Origin: Streptosporangiaceae bacterium
GTDB taxonomy: Bacteria > Actinomycetota > Actinomycetes > Streptosporangiales > Streptosporangiaceae
Length of the DNA: 64,000 bases
Assembly: GCA_036490795.1 (NCBI GenBank)
Contig: DASXDG010000405.1
Span: 9,933-73,932 of the forward strand
Direction of reading: 5' to 3'
The position numbers and the translations under genes are program-made. The notes below the pieces were generated by a model that ran no database searches, was not told the DNA's origin, and saw only the letters and a list, made by a program, of their open reading frames with translations. This document shows positions 33,697 through 41,413 of this stretch, in pieces (position 1 is the first letter of the stretch; every line of letters begins with the position of its first letter).

Positions 33697-36600
33697 ATGG
33701 AGGCGCCGCTCATCGACCCGCGGACGTACGACGGGATCGTCAAGCGCACCGCGCAGCTTGCCGGGGACTTCAGTGGCTGGCGGCCAGCACCGGACGGGCA
33801 GCCAGACCCCGGCAGCGCGCTGATCGGGGTCTTCGGCCGCTTCGCCGAACTGGTGATAGAGCGCCTCAACCGCTCACCGGACAAGCACTACCTCGCGTTC
33901 TTGAACCTCATCGGCGCCTCGCCACTCCCACCGCGGCCCGCGCGCGTGCCGCTGACCTTTAACCTCGCGGCGGGCAGCCCTGTCGACGCGGCGGTCCCGG
34001 CGGGCTCCCTGGCCGCGGCGCCGCCGCTTGCCGGTGAGCAGGACGAGGTGATCTTCGAAACCGAGCGTCCGCTCACCCTCACCCGGACCCAGCTCCGGGC
34101 GGTCTACGTCAGCGACACCGAACACGACACCTATGATGACCGCTTCGCGCGGGCGGCCGGCCCGAGCGACGAGCCGTTCGCTGTGTTCACGGCCGGCCAG
34201 CCGTCGCCCCATCAGCTGTATCTGGCCTGCGATCCGCTGCTGGCTCAGCCGGGCGTCAAGGATGTGCTGGTCACGCTCGTGTCGCCGGACAGCTGGCAGT
34301 GGCTGAACTGGCCGGTCACGTGGGCGTACTGGGACGGGGCCGGCTGGCGCGCGATCACCGTCAGCTCCGAGGTGCGGGACGGCGCCTGGCGGGTGAGCCT
34401 GCCAGCCCTGCCCGAGCTGGCCCCGTCCCCGGTGGACGGGATCGAGGCGTGCTGGCTGCGTGCGGAGCTCGCGATGCCGCTCCCCCCTGGCGTCAGCGAC
34501 CAGGTCCCCGAGTCGGTCGCCATCGGCGCCAGGGATCCACGGAACCTGACGCTGCCGCTGTCCCCGTTTCCCGCGGACAGTCCCGTCAAGCGGTTCTACT
34601 TGAGCGCGGACGAGGCGTTCGCCGCCGGAGGCGCTCAGGTGAAGATGCGGGTCCGGCTGGCCGAACCGGGCGCCGGCGACGTCCGGCTCGACTGGCTCTA
34701 CCACGCGGAAACCGGGTGGGTGTCTCTGGGAAAGTCCGGCTCCGCGGGCCAGGAAGGCCAGCCGGACCAGGGAAACTCCGAGTTCAGCGACGGCACCCTG
34801 GCCTTCACCCGGGAAGGCGAGATCAGCTTCCGCGTTCCGATGTCGTGGCCGCGGACACTGCACCGCACCCGCACCGGCCGCTGGCTCCGCATCGACATCA
34901 CCGACGAGGCCGGGCAGTACACGACACCGCCGGTCATCTCGGAGCTCACCGTCGACACCGACTGGGCGCTGCCGCGGGCCGGTGACATCACCGTCAGCAG
35001 CAAGCAGGGCGCGCCTAGCGCCCCTGTCCCTGCGCCGGCCGCGTTCGCCAACGGCAGCGACATCGACCTGACCATGGATTTCTACCCGCTGGGTCATCAG
35101 CCTCAGTTCAACGACACCTGCTACGTCGCCTGCCCGGACGACCTGGCCAGGCCTGGCGCGGTCATCACGCTCAGCGTGACGCTGGCCAACCCGCCGGGTT
35201 CGCCGCAGGATCCGGTCCCGCCGGTGCGCACCGACGGCAATCCGAAGATCGCCTGGGAAGTGTCGGACGGCAGCCGGTGGCACTCCACCGACGCCGCCTA
35301 CCTGTTCACCGGCAACGGCGAGGTGCTCCTCACGCTGCCCGATCCGCTCGGCCCAGGTGAGGTCAACGGTGCGCGGGGATACTGGATACGGGCACGGCTG
35401 GCCAGCGGGAACTACGGGAAGCCGGCCAGCTATGAGCAGAACGAGGACGGCACCTACACCTATACACCGGCGACCTTCGCTCCTCCGGTCATCAAGACCA
35501 TCGAGGTGACCGCGACCGCGCCCGCGCAACGGCCGGCTCCGGTCAGCGCCTGCCTGAGCTACAACGACTTCCGTTACATCAGACATGACCACGAGAACTC
35601 GCTGTTCCCTCCCTTTACCCCTACCGCGGACGACAGGCCGGCGCTCTACCTGGGGTTCGACCAGGTGTTCGGCCCGCATCCGGTGACGCTGTTCCTAGAG
35701 GTGGAACCACCCCTTCCCGAACAAGTGGCGGCCGAGCACCTAACCGGGTCCGAAGCAGCCACCTCTGTTCTGATCACCTGGGAATATTCCAGCCAGGACG
35801 GGTGGGAGCCGCTCGGAGCGGTGGACGAGACGCGAGGCCTGAGCGACCGCGGCCTGGTCACGTTCCCCGGGCCGGGGGACCTTGTCTCACGCCAGCGTTT
35901 CGGGCGGGCCCTGCACTGGCTTCGGCTGCGCTGGCAGACCGGCACGTTCCCGCTTCCGCCCCGGCTGCGGCGGGTGCTGCTCAACACCACCTGGGCGGCC
36001 CAGGTCACGACCGTGACCGACGAGATCCTCGGCTCCGGAACCGGCGACCCCGGTCAGGCGTTCACCGCGGCGCACACGCCCGTCCAGCCCGGCCAGCAGG
36101 TATCGGTGCGCGAACCCCGGGCACCGGTTCCCGCCGAGGAGCAGGCCATCGCCGACGTCGAGGGCGCCGATGCCATTTCCGTGATCCTCGACGCCGCCGG
36201 TCAGCCGGAAGAGATCTGGGTTCGCTGGCACGCCGTGCCGGACTTCTACCAGTCCGGCCCGCGGGACCGGCACTATACCGCCGACCCGGAATCCGGCGTG
36301 ATCCGGTTCGGCGACGGCACATCCGCGATGATCCCGCCCATCGGGCAGAACAATATCCGGATGACGTACCGCGTCGGCGGCGGCCAGCAGGGCAACCGGC
36401 CCAGCTCGACGATCGTCGAGCTGAAGTCCGGCATTCCCTACATCGAGGGTGTCACCAACAACCAGCCGAGCCAAGGCGGCGCGCCCGCCGAGCCGATGAA
36501 CCGGGTGAAGGCGCGAGGACCGAGGGTACTGCGCCACCGCGACCGGGCGATCGCAGCGCAGGATCTCGAGGACCTGGCCCTCGCCGCGTCCGCCAATGTG

Positions 36601-37272
36601 GCCACCGCGACCGCTATCGTGCCGATATTCAATCCGAACAGCCTCTGGCTTGACCCGGATCACCCCATCCCCACCCCCGCCCACGAAGAGGTGAAGGCAG
36701 GCCGGATGGGCGTGGTCATCGTGCCGGACGAGCCCGGCTCCGGCCGGCCGACGCCGAGCCTGGTCCTGCTCGGCCAGGTCCGGGACTACCTGCTCGATCG
36801 CTGCCCGCCCACCGCTGAGCTGTGGGTGTCCGGGCCGGAGTGGATCGCCATCTCGGTCCGGGCCACGGTCGCCGTCACCTCGGTCGACGAGGCCGGCCAG
36901 GCCATCGACAGGGCCAGGATGGCGCTCGAACGCTATCTGCACCCGCTGACCGGCGGGCGGGCCGGCCAGGGGTGGGCGCTCGGCACCTGGCCGCACGCCT
37001 CGGACCTGTCCGCGCTGCTCGAAACGGTCCCCGGCGTGGACTATGTGGACGGCCTGACCATGACATACCAGCCGCGGACACCGGACGAGAGGCGCGAGCT
37101 TGAGCTTAAGCGGATCCTGGAGCGACCGCTCACCGAGCCGCCCGAGCCGCCGGAACTGCAGCGCGACCTAGTGGAGTGGCTGGCCCGCGCCCTGGTGTAC
37201 TCCGGTCCGCACGACGTCAGCGTCGTGTTTGGAGTAAGCACCCGGGCCACCGCCGTGACCAGCGGACCGTAG
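33697..37272 (+). CDS. Large baseplate wedge protein (gp6/gpJ-like, Afp11/12 analogue)
   Basis: In this 1191-aa product the C-terminal third has a baseplate-J-like segment (GGAPAEPMNRVKARGPRVLRHRDRAIAAQDLEDLALAAS). Whether it corresponds to Afp11 or Afp12 is uncertain. Confidence 0.7.
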   Translation: MEAPLIDPRTYDGIVKRTAQLAGDFSGWRPAPDGQPDPGSALIGVFGRFAELVIERLNRSPDKHYLAFLNLIGASPLPPRPARVPLTFNLAAGSPVDAAVPAGSLAAAPPLAGEQDEVIFETERPLTLTRTQLRAVYVSDTEHDTYDDRFARAAGPSDEPFAVFTAGQPSPHQLYLACDPLLAQPGVKDVLVTLVSPDSWQWLNWPVTWAYWDGAGWRAITVSSEVRDGAWRVSLPALPELAPSPVDGIEACWLRAELAMPLPPGVSDQVPESVAIGARDPRNLTLPLSPFPADSPVKRFYLSADEAFAAGGAQVKMRVRLAEPGAGDVRLDWLYHAETGWVSLGKSGSAGQEGQPDQGNSEFSDGTLAFTREGEISFRVPMSWPRTLHRTRTGRWLRIDITDEAGQYTTPPVISELTVDTDWALPRAGDITVSSKQGAPSAPVPAPAAFANGSDIDLTMDFYPLGHQPQFNDTCYVACPDDLARPGAVITLSVTLANPPGSPQDPVPPVRTDGNPKIAWEVSDGSRWHSTDAAYLFTGNGEVLLTLPDPLGPGEVNGARGYWIRARLASGNYGKPASYEQNEDGTYTYTPATFAPPVIKTIEVTATAPAQRPAPVSACLSYNDFRYIRHDHENSLFPPFTPTADDRPALYLGFDQVFGPHPVTLFLEVEPPLPEQVAAEHLTGSEAATSVLITWEYSSQDGWEPLGAVDETRGLSDRGLVTFPGPGDLVSRQRFGRALHWLRLRWQTGTFPLPPRLRRVLLNTTWAAQVTTVTDEILGSGTGDPGQAFTAAHTPVQPGQQVSVREPRAPVPAEEQAIADVEGADAISVILDAAGQPEEIWVRWHAVPDFYQSGPRDRHYTADPESGVIRFGDGTSAMIPPIGQNNIRMTYRVGGGQQGNRPSSTIVELKSGIPYIEGVTNNQPSQGGAPAEPMNRVKARGPRVLRHRDRAIAAQDLEDLALAASANVATATAIVPIFNPNSLWLDPDHPIPTPAHEEVKAGRMGVVIVPDEPGSGRPTPSLVLLGQVRDYLLDRCPPTAELWVSGPEWIAISVRATVAVTSVDEAGQAIDRARMALERYLHPLTGGRAGQGWALGTWPHASDLSALLETVPGVDYVDGLTMTYQPRTPDERRELELKRILERPLTEPPEPPELQRDLVEWLARALVYSGPHDVSVVFGVSTRATAVTSGP

Positions 37273-37282
37273 AGGAGAGCCG

Positions 37283-38239
37283 ATGCCGATTCCGCTGCCG
37301 GACCTGGACGACAGGAGCTTCGCCGAATTGACGGCGGAGGCCGCGACGCTGATCCCTGGCCTGGACCCGGCCTGGACCAACTACAACCCGAGCGATCCGG
37401 GCATCACGCTCGTCGAACTGCTGGCGTGGCTCACCGAGATGCTCTTGTACCAGGTCAATCAGATACCGCCGGCCAGCACAGAGAAGTTCCTCGAACTGCT
37501 GAACGGACATGACTGGGTCAGGCCGCCCGGAGTCAGCCTGGACGCCGCGATCCGGCAGACGATCCGCGACCTGCGCGACCGCTACCGCGCCGTCACCGCC
37601 GAGGACTACGAATGGCTGGCGCTGCACGCCTGGCCTTCGACCGAGGAGGCCAGGCGGCTGCCTGGCGGCGGCAAGCTCATCCGGGCCAGCTGCATACCAG
37701 GGCGCGACCTGGCCGCCCCCGATCCCAAGGACCGGCGCGCCGACGCGCCGGCGCACGTCAGCCTGGTGGTCATCCCGGCGCCGGGAATTGCGGCCGACGA
37801 GGACGTGCTGTACGACGCGCTGTGGCGCTTCTTCGACGAACGCCGCACCCTGACCACCCGGCAGCATGTGGTGGGACCGCGCTATGTGCCCATCCAGATC
37901 TCCGCGAACCTGGCACTGCACGACGGCGCGGAGCCGCTCAAGGCGCTCGCCGCCGCCCGCCAGGATCTGATGACCTACTACGACCCGCTGACCGGCGGGC
38001 CCAACCGGAAGGGCTGGCCACTTGGCCGGGCGGTCTACCCGTCGGAGGCCGCCGCCGTACTCGAACGGGCCTGGCTGGTGGATTACGTGGAGGACGTCAC
38101 GGTGACCCGCACCGTCCCAGCTGAGCGCACGGCGGCCGCGGACGGCGCCGTCGTGCTGGACGCCGACGAGCTCGTGCGGCTTGTCTCGACCGGGCTGGTC
38201 GGCTATGACGTGCACGGACGTCGCCATGTGGAGCCATGA
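37283..38239 (+). CDS. Baseplate J (P2 gpJ)-like protein
   Basis: The N-terminus LPDLDDRSFAELTAEAATLIPGLDPAWTNYNPSDPGITLVELLAWLTEMLLYQVN is typical of this family, and its size (318 aa) resembles P2 gpJ. Confidence 0.7.
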   Translation: MPIPLPDLDDRSFAELTAEAATLIPGLDPAWTNYNPSDPGITLVELLAWLTEMLLYQVNQIPPASTEKFLELLNGHDWVRPPGVSLDAAIRQTIRDLRDRYRAVTAEDYEWLALHAWPSTEEARRLPGGGKLIRASCIPGRDLAAPDPKDRRADAPAHVSLVVIPAPGIAADEDVLYDALWRFFDERRTLTTRQHVVGPRYVPIQISANLALHDGAEPLKALAAARQDLMTYYDPLTGGPNRKGWPLGRAVYPSEAAAVLERAWLVDYVEDVTVTRTVPAERTAAADGAVVLDADELVRLVSTGLVGYDVHGRRHVEP

Positions 38240-39021
38240 TGGACACAGCACGAGTGGGTAAGGCACCGGTCGACCTGGTGCCTCCGGCCAGCGGCTATCT
38301 CGATTACCTGCCTGCCCTCTTCCGCGCCGACCCGTTCGCCGGGCGGTTCCTGCTGGCCTTCGAGGCGGTGCTGAGCGGCCTGAATGACCAGCAGGGACTG
38401 GAAACGGTGATCGGCCGGATCGCTGACTTCTTCGATCCGGCCACGACCGAGCCCGATTTCCTGCCCTGGCTGGCCGGCTGGGTCGCACTCAGCCTGCGCG
38501 CCGACTGGGATGACCGGATGCGGCGCGACTTCATCGGTCAGATCGTGCCGCTTTACCGGCTGCGCGGCACCCGGGCCGGCCTGCTGCGCGTGCTCACGCT
38601 ATACACCGGGGAGCAGGTCCAGGTCTTCGACGCGTTCGACAAGCCACCCTATTTCTTCGAGGTGCAGCTGACGCTGAGCGAGCCCGACCCGAAGCTGCTG
38701 CGGGCCAAACAGCAGATAGCTCGCGCCATCATCGACCAGGAAAAGCCGGCGCACACCTTTTACGCACTGCGGGTCGTGGTGCCGACGATGCGGCTGGTGT
38801 CGGAGGAACTGCATGAGCGGACGGGCGCGCCGCTGCTGATCCTCGGCAAGAACACCGTGCTGGGAACGGACCCGGCGGATGAGGAGGAACAGGCCGATGG
38901 CCGATTATCCACTCCCCGAATACATCAACAAACGGGACCGGTATTTCGACGGCCAGTACCTGAAAGACAAGGACTTCACCGACGAGCAGAACTATCAGCG
39001 CGACCGCGAGCACAGGATTAA
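38236..39021 (+). CDS. P2 gpI-like tail/baseplate protein
   Basis: It has YLPALFRADPFAGRFLLAFE and DFLPWLAGWVALSLRADWDD...YRLRGTRAGLLRVL (compare P2 gpI LLPWLAWAF...W...GT). The last 40 or so codons overlap the fibre gene and look like out-of-frame sequence. Confidence 0.7.
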   Translation: MMDTARVGKAPVDLVPPASGYLDYLPALFRADPFAGRFLLAFEAVLSGLNDQQGLETVIGRIADFFDPATTEPDFLPWLAGWVALSLRADWDDRMRRDFIGQIVPLYRLRGTRAGLLRVLTLYTGEQVQVFDAFDKPPYFFEVQLTLSEPDPKLLRAKQQIARAIIDQEKPAHTFYALRVVVPTMRLVSEELHERTGAPLLILGKNTVLGTDPADEEEQADGRLSTPRIHQQTGPVFRRPVPERQGLHRRAELSARPRAQD

Positions 39022-41179
39022 CCGCCTGCTGCACGGGCCTGGCGTCGCGGACGGCCTGACCGTCACGTTCTCGGTGGCGAACCAGGTGACCGTCGCCCCT
39101 GGCACCGCCCTCGACCAAGACGGCTATCAGCTGGTGCTCGCCGAGGCCACCAAGGTCGACCTGCCCGGCGGGGACTTCAACGGCAAACAGGGCGTGCTGC
39201 TGTATATCAGCTACCTGGAGACTCCCGTCGACCGGCAGCCCGATGGCGGCAGCGATGACTACACCCGGTGGCTGGAACGCCCCGAGCTGACCGCGCTCGC
39301 GCCGGGTCAGGACTATCCGGGCAAGGCACCGCCCGTGCTGCTCGCGACGCTCGGGCTTGACGACGCGGGCCGGGTGACCATTGACAACGCGGTGCGCACC
39401 TACACGGGTCTGCGGATGCCCGGCTCCACCGCGGACGCCGTCACGATGCGCGCGACGAGCGCCGGCTCGGTGCGGATCGACGGCTCGCTGACCGTCGACG
39501 GGAACGCCGGCGTCGGCACCGCGAAGCCCGCGGCGAAGCTGGAGGTGGCCGGCGGCGGCGGCTCGACCGTCGATCTGCTGGTCAACGGGCGGCTGCGGTC
39601 GAACAACAACGAGGGCGGACTGTGGGTGGCGGAAGACCGCTTCTTCGGCGGCTTGGACACCAGCAAGGTCGGCATCTACAACAACAAAGCCTGGCGGCTC
39701 ATGGTGCTCAGCAACGGCAACATCGGCGTCGGCACCATCAACCCGGAGTGCAGCCTGCACGTCAACGTCGCCGCGTCCTCGGCGCCGATCCGGGCTCTCC
39801 AGCTCGACGTCCAGTCGTTCGAGGGTGAGGCCAACGCGAAGGCGAGTTCGTTCCTGAGCGTGCGGGACGTCAAGGCCGGGAGTGTTCACTTCCTCATCCG
39901 CGGGGACGGGAACGTCGGCGTCGGCACCGCGAACCCCGGGGCGAAGCTGGAGGTAGCCGGCGGCGGCGGCCAGTCGGTCGATCTGCTGGTCAACGGGCGG
40001 CTGCGGTCGAACAGCAACGACGGCGGGCTGTGGGTGGCGCAAGACCGTTTCATCGGCGGGTTCGACACCAGCAAGGTCGGCATCCATAGCGGCAGCGCCT
40101 GGCGGTTCGCGGTGCTCAGCAGCGGCAAAGTCGGCATCGCCAGCACGAACCCGGTCAACGACCTGGACATCGGCGGTTTCGAAGACCAGGACAGGTACCT
40201 GGCGCTGAAGGTCCGCGGGGGGAACCGCAACCGCTCCGGCATCAAGATGTGGGCCGATAGGGAAGACTACGGCATCTCCGTCCAGTACGACGAACGTCTG
40301 GCGGCGGGCGAGGGCCTGCATATAAGGACGCATCACTTCGAACCGGAGGGCTCGACCAAGCTGTTCATCAGCCGGGGAAACGGCAGGGTAGGCATCGGGA
40401 CGACCGCCCCCGGGGGGAACCTGCACATCGACGTGCCCGAGTCCGCGCAGCCGATCCACGCGAACCTGATCGACGTGCGATCGTTCAAGACCACCGCGAA
40501 CGCGAAGGCGAGCAGCTTCCTGCGCCTGCGGGACATCGGCGCCGGAACCGCCACCGTCTTCACCGTCAACGGCGACGGCGGCGTCGGCATCGGTACGAGC
40601 AACACCCAGAACCAGAGGCTCGTCGTTGCGGGTGGTGCGGCATGGTTCCAGGGGGACGCGTTCGTAAGCGGCCGCCTAGTCTACTGGTGGGGTCCAGACA
40701 ACCGCTGGAAGAAGTTCGAAAACAGGGCGAACGACTACGCTGGCTCCTACAACACCGATGGACCCAATACCTCCGATGTACGGCTCAAGAGCGACGTGCA
40801 GCCGCTCAGCGGTGCGTTGGACCTGGTCAAGAAGCTGCGGGGCGTTCGCTACCAGTGGGGCGAGGACGGGCTCAGCCACTTCACCCGTGACATCGAGAGC
40901 GAAGTCTGCGCCGGGCCGGACGCGACACAAGACCAGGATCGGCAGGTCCGTGAGGAGGTGCTCGCCGAGGCGCTGGCCGCGCTGGCCGGCGACCGCATCG
41001 GCCTGATCGCGCAGGACGTGGAGGCGGTGCTGCCCGAGCTGGTCTACGCGAACAAAGAGGGATACAAGCACATCCGTTATCAGCACCTGACCGCGTTGCT
41101 GGCCGAGGCGATCAAGGAGCAGGACGCCGCGCTGCGCGCGCTGTCCGCCGAAGTCGCCGCCCTGCGGGCGGGCCAGTAG
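38897..41179 (+). CDS. Tail fibre protein with C-terminal S74-type intramolecular chaperone domain (Afp13 analogue)
   Basis: ATG 38897 follows a GAGGAGG ribosome-binding site (the tracked start is 38879). The protein contains internal ~136-aa repeats. The C-terminus SDVRLKSDVQPLSGALDLVKKLRGVRYQW...IGLIAQDVEAVLPELV matches the endosialidase-chaperone (peptidase S74) pattern. Confidence 0.8.
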   Translation: MADYPLPEYINKRDRYFDGQYLKDKDFTDEQNYQRDREHRINRLLHGPGVADGLTVTFSVANQVTVAPGTALDQDGYQLVLAEATKVDLPGGDFNGKQGVLLYISYLETPVDRQPDGGSDDYTRWLERPELTALAPGQDYPGKAPPVLLATLGLDDAGRVTIDNAVRTYTGLRMPGSTADAVTMRATSAGSVRIDGSLTVDGNAGVGTAKPAAKLEVAGGGGSTVDLLVNGRLRSNNNEGGLWVAEDRFFGGLDTSKVGIYNNKAWRLMVLSNGNIGVGTINPECSLHVNVAASSAPIRALQLDVQSFEGEANAKASSFLSVRDVKAGSVHFLIRGDGNVGVGTANPGAKLEVAGGGGQSVDLLVNGRLRSNSNDGGLWVAQDRFIGGFDTSKVGIHSGSAWRFAVLSSGKVGIASTNPVNDLDIGGFEDQDRYLALKVRGGNRNRSGIKMWADREDYGISVQYDERLAAGEGLHIRTHHFEPEGSTKLFISRGNGRVGIGTTAPGGNLHIDVPESAQPIHANLIDVRSFKTTANAKASSFLRLRDIGAGTATVFTVNGDGGVGIGTSNTQNQRLVVAGGAAWFQGDAFVSGRLVYWWGPDNRWKKFENRANDYAGSYNTDGPNTSDVRLKSDVQPLSGALDLVKKLRGVRYQWGEDGLSHFTRDIESEVCAGPDATQDQDRQVREEVLAEALAALAGDRIGLIAQDVEAVLPELVYANKEGYKHIRYQHLTALLAEAIKEQDAALRALSAEVAALRAGQ

Positions 41180-41203
41180 CCGACGAGCAGCAAGGAGGAT
41201 CTC

Positions 41204-41407
41204 ATGCGGGAACAGGTCGAGCAGCGGGTCAGCGAGCTCAAGGCCGAGCAGGACAAGGGCCAGCAGATGCTCGCCGAACTGGAGAGCAAGGAGGTTGAGC
41301 TACGGCAGACTCTGCTGCGCATCAACGGCGCGATTCAGGTTCTCGAGGAACTGATCGCGGACGCGGCACAGCAGGACGGCGCTAGCCTTTCCGCCGTGCC
41401 CAGCTAG
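41204..41407 (+). CDS. Small coiled-coil protein (possible fibre assembly factor)
   Basis: The 67-aa product is heptad-rich (VSELKAEQDKGQQMLAELESKEVELRQTLLRINGAIQVLEEL). An AAGGAGG ribosome-binding site lies 7 nt upstream of the ATG. It is the last gene of the plus-strand operon. Confidence 0.55.
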   Translation: MREQVEQRVSELKAEQDKGQQMLAELESKEVELRQTLLRINGAIQVLEELIADAAQQDGASLSAVPS

Positions 41408-41413
41408 CGCCCG

